DNA from: Vitrella brassicaformis CCMP3155
Taxonomy: Eukaryota > Protista > Chromerida
DNA: 64,000 nt
Direction of reading: 5' to 3'
NCBI GenBank assembly: GCA_001179505.1
Contig: CDMY01000400.1
Coordinates: forward strand, 22,599 to 86,598
The notes beneath the pieces were generated by a model. It was given only the letters and a program-made list of their open reading frames with translations, made no database searches and was not told the origin of the DNA. This document shows positions 35,735 through 48,174 of this stretch, one piece after another. Every line of letters starts with the position of its first letter. The first letter of the stretch is position 1. A program made the position numbers and the translations under genes.

Positions 35735-38303
35735 ATGTCGGCCCCTCCCGCCCCTCCCGCAGCCGCCGCCGTCAAGGATGTGTACGAGTACATCCCGGAA
35801 CCAAAGCCAGCCCCTGGCACAACCGGTCAGTCACTCAGTCAGTCGAGCCATGCATTCGTTGTGTGTCCGAGTGGGCATGCATCCCTCTCTGTGTCTGTGT
35901 GTCTGCATGCAGGCGTGCCGAATGTGCCGTCGTCAGGGCTGGGCTACACTCTGCGTGGCGCGGGAGCTCGCGAGAAGGACAGGGACAAGGAGGAACTCGA
36001 CGTCGGTACGCCAACCGAAACCGCGCGCGATTGTCCATTATGGGCGCGTCATTCATGCACCATTCAGCGTCGTTGAAGCCCGAAAAGGCGTACGAGACGT
36101 TTAAGGGCAAGAAGTATGAGGTCACCATTCCCCAGGCGGGAGCCATGGGCACATTCCTGAGACAGCAGCCAAGGTGTGCGTACACCCACACACCAGATAT
36201 AGCCACATGAATGCACGTGTGTGTGTATGTGTTGTAGGAGTGAGTATGAGAGTGTGGGCGGGCTGGGTGGTGCGCTCAAGGACTTCGAAACGCCGCTGCA
36301 GAGGACACAGAGACTGCAGGCTGAGGTATGCCCGACCCCCACCCACATGCAGCTCCATGCCTTTCCCACGTTCATCCCCCTTGTGTGTGTGCAGGTGTCC
36401 GAGTTGCTCGAGTACGTCACGAACGAGATCAACCTCGGCCGCGGCAACGAGCTGAGGGCGCTCTTCGAGGGAGCGGGGGACCCTGCCGCCATCAAGGTAC
36501 ATAGATCGCCCCACCACACAATCGGTGTATGCACTCTGTTTGACTGTGTATTGGCTCAGGAGGAGTTGAAGACTCTGGAGGGGCAGCTGTCGACCCTGCT
36601 CAACGACGAAAAAGTCAGTCAGCCGAGACGAAAAAAAGAGAACACACACAAACCGAAAAACGCGACAATATGTGCTTGAGCCGGTCCGTGTATGTGTGTA
36701 TCTGTGTATGCGCGTGCGTGACCAGGTGAAGGCTGAGCTGATCGGCAGCAGTGACCCCAGCTACAAACTGCCTGCCGTGAGGCAACACACGCACAACCAC
36801 AACCACAACCACTTCACATACGTGTGTGTATGTGTGTGTGTGTGTGTGTAGGGTGAGGCCGACCTGTTCAACAGCGTCATGCAGCAGCTCAGCGCACTCA
36901 AGACCACTTCTGCCGCCACAGCCGACAAAGACAAAGAGAAGAAGAAGGACGGTGAGGGACAATGCACTGACACACACACGGGTGCTCTCATGCACGTCAC
37001 GGCTGTGTGTCTGTGTGTGTAGGTGAGAGCCGGATGGTGTATGAGGTGTACTACGACCCCAACGAGCGGCCGCTGGTTGAAACAAGCAAACTGATCGGGT
37101 GGGTCGAATAAGAGGGAGTATCTCGCAGATGCACGGATGGCCGGCCATGCGTCCATCTGTGTGTGGGGTGGTGGTGCATGTGCATCCATCTGTGTGACAC
37201 TCACGATCAGGTTGGAGAGTCGTTTGTCCGAGTTGGAGAAGCAGATCGGGGTGGAGGCACAGTCGCAACTGCCCTTCCCAGACGTACAGGTAGGTACGCA
37301 TAGATCCATCCCATACCCACCAGCCTGTTCGTGTGAAGTGTGTGCGCGCGGGCGTGTGTGCGTGTGTGCGTGTGTGTGTATCAGAGCGGCATCTACGACC
37401 TGAATGAGCGGCTGAGTCTGCTCGACGCCAACAAACTCGACGCCATCGGCAGACGCACACAGGTACGCAGAGGCGGACGCCACACACACACACACACATT
37501 GCTTTCATGTATGCGTCGTGTGTGTGCAGGCGCTGATGAGTGAGCTTGAGATGGTGTTGCGGAAGAAGGCCGAGATCACCAGCGCCGCGCTGACGGACGA
37601 CGACCAAAAGGTACTTGCTGCCATGGCGGCACACCTGCCTGCATCTGATATGATATGTATGTCGGCGTGTTGGTGCCTGTCTCGGTGTGTGTGTGCAGGT
37701 GCAGGAGCTGTTCCTCATGAGCCAGCGGTGGAAGATTGCCACGTGAGCCAATGCATCCTGTCTGTGTGATTGCGCGCGCGCCCTCTGTACGTGTTGATTG
37801 CGGGGGTGCGTGTGTGTGTGTGTGTGTAGTGCTGGTCTGCCGTATATCGTAGTCCGGCTGAAGTCGCTCAAGGCCCTGCACCAACACTCGGGATCATTCG
37901 CCACACGCATTTCAGGTGAGTCGGGTCGGTCGCCGCACATGCGTACGAACAGCCGACCTGTGTGCATGTGTGTGTGTGCATGTGTGTGTGTGGTTGTGTG
38001 TGTAGTGTTGGAGTCGAACCAGACTGAGCTGCAGAAGCAGCTGGACGCCACGTCGGCCGCACTCACCACTGTCAGCAAATCCCTCCAGGTACACACACAC
38101 ACACACACACACACGCACGCACAGAGAGAGAGAGAGAGAGGGAGGGACAGAGGGAGAGCGGGAGAGAGAGCGACTAGACACACACGGGAGACATCCCCCC
38201 CCTCGTGTGTGTGTGTGTGTGTTGCTAGGATTCGCTCAAGACCTTCACCGAGAACATCGACAAAATGCACACCAGGATCGCAGAGCTGCAGAAGAAGAAG
38301 TGA
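35735..38303 (+). CDS. DCTN2: Dynactin subunit 2 (p50/dynamitin)
   Basis: DVYE N-terminus, FETPLQRTQRLQAE, RLESRLSELEKQIG, LPYIVVRLKSLKALHQHSGSF and a coiled-coil C-terminus; many phase-compatible exons. Confidence 0.8.
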
Positions 38304-38759
38304 ACGAATGACGCCCCCACCCTGCCACTCACCCCCTTCCCCCCCAATCTCTCTCTCTCCAGATGATCCAACAGGGCGTCTGACTTGTTGCTGCGTCAGG
38401 GAGAGAGCCGGATGGAGCGGTTGGTTGGTTGCTCGTTGCTGGTTGGCTGGATAGTGAGTAAGGGGAAACCTGCGTGGTTGGATGAGACGGCCGTGAGGTC
38501 GATGTGTGCACGTCCACGTCCGTGCGTATGTATGTTGATTACATGTACACATGTGACACTGGTCTGTTTGTCCTTTGTATGGCAGGGGTATAGACAGCCC
38601 TGCCTGCGGCTTGGTCAGTTGCACTCACTCCCATTCGTATGTGTACTGTACACCACAGATCACCCACCACCCTGCCTACCGACCATGACAATCACGGCCG
38701 GTCCTCCGAAAAATACGTGCACGCGCGAGAGGATTGTGCCCCAGCGCCGCTTGTATCGA

Positions 38760-39083
38760 TCAGCTGCACTTCATGATGCCCGACACGACGAAGTCCCACT
38801 TATTAATGTGAGTGATGTCCCGCCTCACGTAGCACTTGCCACTCCTCAGCATATAAGAATACGCCACGCACCCGCTGGTCCTCTCACACCGTTCGCAGCA
38901 CGCGTCCTCGTCCCTCTCGGTTGTACCGGAGCGGTCCTCCAGTAGGTCCTCGTCCTCGTCGCTCCAGAACATTTTCCTGCCCTTGCTGCGGACGTGTCGG
39001 TTCGTACACTGCGCCCGGCCTCCCACGAGAGCACACAACAGCAGCAGGGCAATAACAGTCAGAACACCTTTGTAGATCTGCAT
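38760..39083 (-). CDS. Small secreted PAN/apple-domain protein (intronless)
   Basis: Signal MQIYKGVLTVIALLLLCALVGGRA, then C...DACCERCERTSGCVAYSY....KCYV...VSG, the PAN_4/apple cysteine pattern. Confidence 0.75.
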   Translation of the reverse strand: MQIYKGVLTVIALLLLCALVGGRAQCTNRHVRSKGRKMFWSDEDEDLLEDRSGTTERDEDACCERCERTSGCVAYSYMLRSGKCYVRRDITHINKWDFVVSGIMKCS

Positions 39084-40031
39084 CGCAAGCGAACGATAGG
39101 ATCCCGTTACCGCTCGTTTTTTGAGGCGAAGTTCGATCTTGGCCGCGGCCGCATGAAACCCCACGGCTCACCTATAGAGATAGGGGATTCCAAATGAACA
39201 CACATGCAAGATGTGCACACAGACGGTGCTTGTCGAAAGTGCGTGAGAGGCGTAGAGACAGGCGGAAATCGGCTGTTTGACATTCGTTGGGCGACCTTGA
39301 AATGCTAGAGGGATCGATACATGGTTCGATGGATTCTTCACTTCGATGCTTGAGTGTTCTCGCGATGTCTCTGTTTACCCGTCCCATCCCATGTTTACCC
39401 CTGTCTGTAGCTGCCCCTCCCGCCCTCCCACATCAAAGACATGCAAGTATACACACATCCAGTCAGCCAATCACATATATCAGATCAGCTGAGAGCTCGG
39501 TGAACGAACCACTCGAACATCTAAATAAATGACTGACTGACTGACGCACACGAGCGGGTGCTGAGTGCAGCACCCCCCACACACCCCCTGGCTCCCACAC
39601 ACACGAAGATGAAGATGACATGACTGACGACACATGAAGATGACGACACATTAAAAAGGGATATGAAACAAACACTATGTGGCCTATGTACATCCGTCAC
39701 CAGGACGGGGTGGGACATTCTATTCGACCAGACCAGACCAGGACAGACAGACCGACCGACTGACTGGCTGAGAGGCAGAGAAACAGCCCAGCATGAAGCT
39801 ACTTGAACAAAAGAAAGAACGCACAGCGCACAGCATTTCAGTATGAGGGATCTCGTTGGTCGTGTGGCTCGTTTATCTCCTCAGTCGCCGCTCGGCACGT
39901 CAGTCAACGCACCAGCTGCCGCACCAGACGGAAAAACAGTCACACACACACACGCACACGCGTTCCCACATGCACGTCACTCATCCTCGCCCTGCCTAGC
40001 CCAGCACACCCACCTGTCAGCAGGAGTCCGT

Positions 40032-40662
40032 TCACCAGCGCGGTCGATAGATACATCGGCAGGGGGGGGCCATGGGACGGCGAGCGCAGCGACGGCGCCA
40101 GCGTCTGCAACGGTCGGTCCAAGGATGGTCCCAGCACCTGTTCTTCATTCTGCGGCAGCGCCTTCGCCCTCCCCCTCCCCGCAGCATTCGCAAGGGGTGC
40201 TCGTCAGAATCCTCTTCGTCATCGTCGTCGTGGTCATCATCATCACCCACCTGGATTCATACACACAAACACCCGCCGACAGGCACGTGGCTGGTCTGTG
40301 CGCGCTCCATGTGTGTGTGTGCGTCTGCGTGAGCTGCATATGTGTGTGTGTGGGTCTGTGTCAGGGCTCCTGCCCACCTCATCTTCATCTTCATCTTCAG
40401 CTTGCAGCATTCCATCTGTGTCGAGATTGTTGTCGGGGATGGCCATGTCATCCTGCACCCACGTGACACCCAAGGGAACGACAGGAGGACAGACGCATGA
40501 CATCCATAGTGACAAAGAGCAGCACAGGTGGCCATGCATCCTTACCGTCAACGGATCAGTGACCGCCGTGGACTCCTGAGCCACCTTGCTCAGCAGGGGT
40601 GTTGGGGCGCCGACAGCACCGGCCAACAGGAGGGCGCCAACGAGGCACAGAAGCAGCTTCAT
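40032..40662 (-). CDS. Secreted prepropeptide: signal + very acidic pro-region + Arg/Cys/Trp-rich peptide
   Basis: Exons 40662-40546, 40452-40378 and 40250-40032 (all phase 0) give MKLLLCLVGALLLAGAVGA...AEDEDEDEVGDDDDHDDDDEEDSDEHPLRMLR-GGGGRRRCRRMKNRCWDHPWTDRCRRWRRRCARRPMAPPCRCIYRPRW*. Confidence 0.75.
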
Positions 40663-41367
40663 GGTGAGCGAGAGAACAGGCAAGAAAACAACAAGGGGAA
40701 GCAAGCCGAGAAGGAATGAAGAATATCTTGAGGTGAGATCTGTTAAGGAGGGATCTGATATTCTTCCCTCTCTCTCCTCTCCTCTCCCTCTCTCCCCTCC
40801 CTCCCTCTTCTCTCCCCTCCCTCCTCTCCCTCCCTCCCTCCCTCCCTCCCNNNNNNNNNNNNNNNNNNNNNNNNNNNNNNNNNNNNNNNNNNNNNNNNNN
40901 NNNNNNNNNNNNNNNNNNNNNNNNNNNNNNNNNNNNNNNNNNNNNNNNNNNNNNNNNNNNNNNNNNNNNNNNNNNNNNNNNNNNNNNNNNNNNNNNNNNN
41001 NNNNNNNNNNNNNNNNNNNNNNNNNNNNNNNNNNNNNNNNNNNNNNNNNNNNNNNNNNNNNNNNNNNNNNNNNNNNNNNNNNNNNNNNNNNNNNNNNNNN
41101 NNNNNNNNNNNNNNNNNNNNNNNNNNNNNNNNNNNNNNNNNNNNNNNNNNCAGGGTGTAGGGTAAGCAACCCTGAGCCCCAAACCCTAACCTCTAAGTTG
41201 TGTTCACCTATGAACCATTCCTCTGTTGGACTCCACGTAAGTCATGAGCTGACGCGTTACAAGCGAATCACACCCTGCGAGGAGTTATACATAGATCCGT
41301 CGTCGGGATCCTGGCCGATGAAACCCTTGACCCCACAAAACCCTGCAGTTTCCTCCTCCCCCCCTAC

Positions 41368-43121
41368 ATGCATCGTTTTGCCAGCCGGCTGGTCCCTCCT
41401 GCATGTCCCTCCCCTCTCCTCCTCCCATCGCTGCAACTCCCTTTATGCAGATCTGCCCTCTCATCCCCGAGTTGTGCGCGGCACCTGTCAACTGCACACA
41501 GAGAGGAGGGGAAACATGACAGCAGCAGCCGCATCAGCAGCAGCCGCAGGAGTGATGACGTGAGTGTGGTGGAAGAGGGTGGTCACCGGGCGGTGGACGA
41601 GAGGAAAATCGAGAGGGAAGATGACGGCCGGACGGAGCGACTCATCATTGGCATGGTGAGAGCAACGCAGCAGACGGACGCACGAATGGCTGCACCGCCA
41701 CACTAAACAATGCTGGCGTTGGCGGTGTGCTGGTCAGGATGAGGGCGCGGTCTCGCGTGCAGAGGAGGGAGTGCTCATGCAGAGGAGGCGACGCGGCATT
41801 CAGATCTACCCAGGTGGCTGCCACTGATGAAACATCTGACACACTCGCACATCCATTGTGTGTGCAGGTGGCCCTGTTGATCGGTATTTGCCTCCAGTGG
41901 ACCCTTCGCGCTTCCTCGTCGAGCCCGACAAGCTTACGAGAGAGGAACAACGATTCCAGGTAAGGCCAATGTCACGATCCGGATAGCCGACACGAGTTAC
42001 AGGCATGTGTTGCCTCCTTCAGGTATTCTTCGCTGCCTTCCCGTGGCTGACCTTTCTGGCCATGCTGAGCGCTCCCTTCGCCCTCGTGGCCACGTTGCTG
42101 CCACGGCTGGACGAGAAGGCACGGGCCAGCTTGGCGTCTGAGTCTGAGGAGCTGCTGCGGCTGTTCCGCGTCCCTGAGTTCGCCATCGTCCCCTTCAGGT
42201 ACGGAACGCACTCACGGACGGACCCATAACCGGCATCTGTGTGTGTGCTGATCGGTTTGTGCACAGGGCGTTGGTTGACGTGATAGAGCGTCCCCTGCAC
42301 TCGCTGATCGTCTTCTTCCACCGTGACGTCTTCGGCACCTACGCGTTGCTGCCGCTGCTGGTCGACCTCGCCAGGCTGTTCAGGAGCCAAAACCTGCCCG
42401 TGGCTGTGGTGGCGGTCGATTTGGCCGGCAGCGACGTGCCCGACACACACAGAAAGAAATTCCCCCCCGGCCTGTCGCCGTTCATGCAGGTTTGTGTGTG
42501 AGGATTGAGGGACACGCGGGGGAGGTGTGTATCCTCTGTGTGTGTTTGGCTGGATGTGTATATGCAGGTGTTGTGTCCGTACAGCCAGTCTGGCGAGCCG
42601 GGGCTGCTGGACCACGACGGCCCCTGGAACGCTGTGGAGATTGTCAAGACGGTGGAGAGCCAGGTCAACATCCCCGACACACAGCACGTCTACCGAGACG
42701 CAAGAGTAAGCGACAGCGAATGCACAGCCACCCACCCAGCCATCCACAAGTGCTCTCGTATGTGCTGTGTGTGTGGCAGCGTCTGGATGAGATCACTGAG
42801 AGGCTCACCGACTGTCTTTTTCAGCTGGACTTCATCGACAGCGACCCCTCAATGCCGCCTGAAGCGCCCCCCACACCGCCAGCCCCAACCCTCATCCAAC
42901 GAATCTCTTCGGCACTCTTCGGGCAGCAGAGGCCTTCAGACACTCATCCAGCAAGGTCTGCAGATGGTGACGGTGGCGGTGTTGTGTCTGATCGCCACGG
43001 TGCGTATGGGCGTGACGGTGTGTATGTGTGGCGTGGTGGGTTGGAGGCGGCCCATCTGTCGTGTGAGGCAGCGCGCGAACAGCTCCTAACAGAAATGGCA
43101 GCGAGGAGGGGCGGCGGGTAG
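41368..43121 (+). CDS. Hypothetical protein with mitochondrial-type presequence, one TM helix and a possible thioredoxin-like alpha/beta domain
   Basis: N-terminus MHRFASRLV...ARHLST; exons PVDRYLPPVDPSRF...RFQ|VFFAAFPWLTFLAMLSAPF...|LIVFFH...VAVVAVDL...PFMQ|...GPWN. 5' exon structure is uncertain. Confidence 0.5.
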
Positions 43122-43913
43122 CCCACGCGTGGATGGTTGTATGTGTCTTGCCTTTGTTCTCGGATTATTGGATTAGCCGTCGAAATGACAGACATTACAC
43201 ATCACATTCGTGTGTAGAAGGGACGAAGGGCAGCCAAAGCCGATTCACATGAGAAGAGTATGCTGGTGAATAGAGCTGTGTGTGCAGCACCTTTGCGTTT
43301 GTTGAGTGGATGAACTCATTGGCGGCTGTCCACTTTTGGCTGCGCGAGGATTCCTTGCATGTGAAGCGACAAAATGCACTCACCGATCGGCCGACTGTAT
43401 CATTGGCCCATTCATCAAATCACCCATGGGAGCTCATCGCACTTCCAGCGAGTCCACGTAAGTCTTGCAGCTGTCTTGCCGGCTGTCATTCACTCAACAC
43501 ACACACACACACACACATTCGCAGAAACACATCAGGGCAGGATGACGACAAACACACAGGCAGCCACAGTCACTCAGTCATTACAGTCAGTCCAGCCACC
43601 GCGCACACACTCACTTCAACAAACAAACACACCAATACACACACACAGGGGCACCAGCAGTGTGCCGGCAGATCAGCTACACTCAGATGTGGAGGCAGGG
43701 AAGCAGACAGACAGACAGACAGACAGACAGGGAGGGGCGCAGAGGACGGCACAAATGGATGGCGCCCATTTATGTCAGTGCAGCACGGAGGGAAAGGCAC
43801 ATCTCCCTCCCTCCCTCCCTCCCTCCCTGGCTACTGCACCGTACGAACCACTTCTATCTCGTCAGCCATGAACTCATACGACCCGCCCAACACAACATCG
43901 CCATCTTCATCCC

Positions 43914-45556
43914 TCACTCCCATGTAGCCCTCGGGCAGATCGTCTCGCGGGTTCTGCTTATCTTCGGCTTCGGCTTCGTGTTGCTCACCTTGGCTGTCAT
44001 GCCTCGAAGCCGCTTCACGATGATCGTATGGAGCGTAGCGCCCCCTTTAATGGCTATTGTCGAGGTTGTGGCCGTGATCGAGATAGCGGTGGTCACGCGG
44101 TCAGTCGACTGTGTTCCGTACAGGATGGTCAGAACCAGGATGGGCACCTCGAGTAGCGACGCCGCAAAAAGAGATGCGTGCTGCCATAGGTCGCCCTTGT
44201 TCGAATGCCGTAAGCGATAGCCGCACTGATCGTGTCCACTTGGCAGAGGAGAAGAACTGCCACTCCAGGCAACACCACGCCATGAGTAATCATGCCCATT
44301 CCCACAGCTGCACAGACGACAAGAAAAACTCATTAACGAATAATATGTTATGCGCGGCTGCCCGCCCACTTACCCAGGTCTGAAATGTAGTCCACAATGG
44401 TGAGCAGATAAGTAATAGACTTAAGCAGTCGACAAAAGTCTAGCGCGTCCATCGCCTTCATGCAAGGCACATACTTCCGGAGCACAGAGAACAGCCGATT
44501 TTGTTCCGCCCACATATGCTCCGATGTCGTCAGCATGCGTGTGTGAGGGACATCCATCAAGCTGAATTTGGCCGGCAGCCACAAATTGGTCTTCAGCACC
44601 TCCTCACTTGTGAACAATCGTGGCTCGGCAATGAGGGCAAAAACGGGCGCGCAGAGTGCCATTTCAATACACACGAGAATCAGCGATGCCGCGTAGCCAA
44701 ACGCTGCACACACATGCGGAAGGAAAGAGGCAGATGAGGAGATACGAAGGCATACCCTCGCTTCCCTGCTCACGTGCGTAGAGCAGGATGCCAGCCATCG
44801 TCATGACGCCATACATAATTGCCACGCATTGGACAGCCAGGTTCTTGTATGTCCCATAGGGAAATAAAACAGGTTGCAAAAAGCTGGCAACAGGGGGTCT
44901 CCCACTGCAAACCAACACGCAAACAATCAGCGAACAAGAGCAGAGAATGACTGGGAGCTCAACTCAGTGGTTGGAACCCACCAATGCCACTCGTAGCGTA
45001 GAGGCCAGCCCATTTCAACTCAGGGGCAACGACAAGAGTGCCCACTCCCAACGCAGCCATCCACAGACCCGCCAAGACTGCACGAATAACACAACAAACA
45101 GCAGAAGCTCTTTCGGCCAACGCTCCCCCTCCTCCCTCCTTGGTTCTTACACAGCGATATATAGTAGAAGCACATCTTGGCGGGCACGTCAGGAAGATAG
45201 AACCTGACTTGCCGGTCCTTGCCCCGCAACCTCCCGCCGACGTCCATCACCAGGTACTTGCCAGGGAACTGCGTGGCGTCATGTCCACACGAAGAGGGGC
45301 TGGGATCTTGGTCGCCGACAGCAAGGCTCACTTGGCTCACTTGGTGTGATGGCGGCTGTTTGGAAGGGAGCAAACAATCGCCGCTGCCGTTCCTCTCTGC
45401 CGTAGGTGATGCAGGGGTGGCCAAGTCGAGGACGTCAATGACAGACCTCGATGGCAAGGCAGTCCATCGTGGGCGAATAGCATCGATGTCGTCGGGGGCT
45501 TTAGAGGGTGAGTGACGTTGGCAGCAGAGGCGAGGGGCAGCCATGCTGACGGTCAA
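43914..45556 (-). CDS. Hypothetical lineage-specific membrane protein (exon structure uncertain)
   Basis: Consecutive long minus-strand ORFs with hydrophobic stretches (45556-45020, 44918-44348, 44369-43914) in microsatellite-poor DNA. No family recognised. Confidence 0.35.
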
Positions 45557-45769
45557 TAGGGAGATCTTCGGCTCAACAGATCAGCTCCCGCAAAATCTGT
45601 CGAGGGTGGCAGTCCCTCCCCTCCAAGGCTGTCGACGCAATCCGCAACGATCTTTTGGCTTCAAGCTCGCCAAATCCGGTCTGGTCTCTTCGCAGCGCAT
45701 TGCATGTCCTCCTGTTTGCTGCATCTGCCCTCTGCTTGCATCTGCCCTCTGCGTGCACCGTCCTGGCCG

Positions 45770-45832
45770 CCTAGGGTGCTTCCTGAAACCTAAGTTTGTG
45801 CAACCCTAAACCCTTGCTTCCTTTCAGGGTTT
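45770..45832. promoter_or_regulatory. Telobox-like (AAACCCTA/TAGGGT) cluster in a divergent intergenic region
   Basis: cctagggt, gaaacctaa, aaccctaaaccct and cagggttt lie within about 60 bp; a similar aaaccctaa is at 41181-41189. Confidence 0.3.
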
Positions 45833-45957
45833 CTCCCCTTCTGGCTTTCTTCTCGCGCACTCCCTCTCCTCTCGCACTCCAGTGTCTTTGCTTTCCTACG
45901 CGTCGCACGACAAAGATCCTCTGTCGGTTTTCTCAGTGACACGCGTCACCACTTGAG

Positions 45958-46598
45958 ATGTCGGGAAGCAGGTACACTCCTCACAACACACACAACAGAA
46001 CCTCCAGCTTACTCACGTATCTTCCCGTCGTATCTGTCAGCCACATCATCGTTTTCCTGGTGGTTGGCCTGTCGGTGGCTGCCGGCGGAAATCACACTAG
46101 CATCAGGCGCCTGGACCCGTGCGACACTTTGGGAGCGCCTTGCAGCTCTCCCTATGCACGGGTAAGAGTTTAAACGAAGACAAAGCGAGTACGTGACCCC
46201 AAACTGCGCTTGTCTGTGAGTACAGGTTCCCAATGGTTGTAATGGGGTGCCGGACACATGGGGTAGCGTCGACTTCACAGAGGTGTGCAACGAACACGAC
46301 CGCTGCTACTATACGCTGGGTAGGACGGGGAGAGGAATCGCTGGACATGTGTGCTGTAATTCATGGCCTCCTTTGCTTCCCAGGCTCGGTTGCCGATCAG
46401 TGCAACGACGCCTTCCGTGCGGGCCTTATCAGCGAATGTGAAAGAGCCGTGACATTCGGCCCCCTGTTGTTCGCCTGTAAGACTGCCGCCAACGGGATGT
46501 ACACGGCGGTCGCCGCGTCGGCCGACTTCTACCACGCTCGCGCGCAGAAGCGGCAGGAGCTGCATGAGTGTTGCTGCTTCGACGGCACCAACTGCTGA
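45958..46598 (+). CDS. Secreted phospholipase A2, group XII-like
   Basis: Exons 45958-46161, 46226-46319 and 46384-46598 give a hydrophobic signal, then VPNGCNG...FTEVCNEHDRCYYTLG...QCNDAF...C...MYTAV...AQ...CCC. The catalytic HD dyad is in CxxHDxCY. Confidence 0.8.
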
Positions 46599-48174
46599 CT
46601 GCACTCGACTGCCTCACCCAGTGCTGTTCTGAGTGTTGTGGGTGAGGTGCATAATGGATGGCCGTGACTATGGCATCCTCGTCTGTTCCTGTACGTCGTG
46701 TTGTGCCGTGTCGTGTCGTCTGTCTGAGCCTATTCTCCCGTAGGCAGTGCCTTGTGCTGTTCTGTCTGGGTGCCTTGCGTACGTGTTGTGTTGGGTTCTA
46801 TATAGTGAGGTAGGGGAATAAGGGCAACCACCATATTTATTGAAGCGATAGAATGCACATGTCCATCAATCGATCATCACTTTTGTTCCGTGTGTGGCGT
46901 GCAACACACAGACACATCGTCATCTCGCACCCAACAGCGTGCAAGAATGACACATATGTACGTCGTGTTGTCACATCGTGTTTTCGTGTTTGTGGGGAGT
47001 GACATCATGTGTTGGCAACGGGATGGATTCATCAACTGCAAATGGAGCCACAGGGGTGAACGAATGAGTGAATGAATGGATTACCACACTCAAATCGCTG
47101 CCGGCAACTCCAACCATCATCCGCTTGGAATGGCTTCCCTCAGAGCCCATGCAGGGAATCCTTGCAGTGAAATAAGTCAATAGTCATCAGAGAAGCAATC
47201 AGGCCCGCCCGGCCTTCCTCACTTTCTGGCCGAGCTGACGCCTCAGAGAGTCAGACGACCTGCTCCGATGGCCATGACTTAGAGGGGCAGGTCGACATGC
47301 TTCTCGTTTCAATGAGGGGAGGGAATGACAGTATGAATGGCATTTGAGTTGTGCGACAGACAATGTTTGTGTGCTGTGGCAATGGGTGTCGCGAGCCGCG
47401 TGCTGTGCACATTTCGCTCTCATACATACAATTCGGCACATGTGTCAGTCATGCCATCATGATGTCATTCACTTGACGTGATGGTCGGCACGGCATGTGT
47501 CTCTCGTGGGTCTGTCTCTTGTCCCTCCCACCCCCTCCCCCCCCGTCCCCCCCGTCATGGAATGGATATGTACACATAGACCGCGCACACGCACAGACAC
47601 ACATCAGATGCAGTGAGTGCAGCCACTTCCTAGCTATTAACAAAGAATCAGCAGATCAGATCACAGCACGGCACAGCACAGCACAGCACAAACAAAGACA
47701 ACGAAGCACTCAGTCAGGGCACATCACGTCAGATCGCGTCAGAGCTCGGTGCACCGACGACTTAACAAAGAACAGCGCAGGCGACATCAACACGAAGACC
47801 CTCACTGTTGACATCAACACATGCACTTACACGAAGACAGACGGTACGCAGTCAGATCAAATCAACTAACAGGCGCGACACGCCACACGCACCGTTAAAA
47901 ACTATTCGTCAATCACGAGACTAATACAGCTTGCACCGCACCGGTCGCGCACACGCAGTGTGCGCATCAGGCCGGCAGCCAGCAAAAATCACGGTGACAA
48001 AGAAAGACGCTACTAGCGTGTTTGTATGTACGCAGCCACAGAGACAGCCAGGAGACATATGATAGACACACGATGATTCACACGAACCATCCACGAGCAC
48101 AACAGTCAGTCAGTCAGTCAGTCACCCACACATACACACAGACACAGACAGAGATAGAGCGGTGGCTCCCATGT

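Larger units (their letters stand above)
10381..38228. repeat. Intronic microsatellites (CA)n/(TG)n, (GA)n, (GGAT)n/(ATCC)n throughout the genes
   Basis: Directly visible in most introns; the source of the HTHT/CVCV/WMDG pseudo-ORFs. Confidence 0.9.

Noticed and set aside
36615-38624. 669-aa minus-strand ORF and many other HTHT/CVCV/WMDG ORFs
   Set aside because: Antisense read-through of DCTN2 exons and intronic microsatellites; no protein-like composition.
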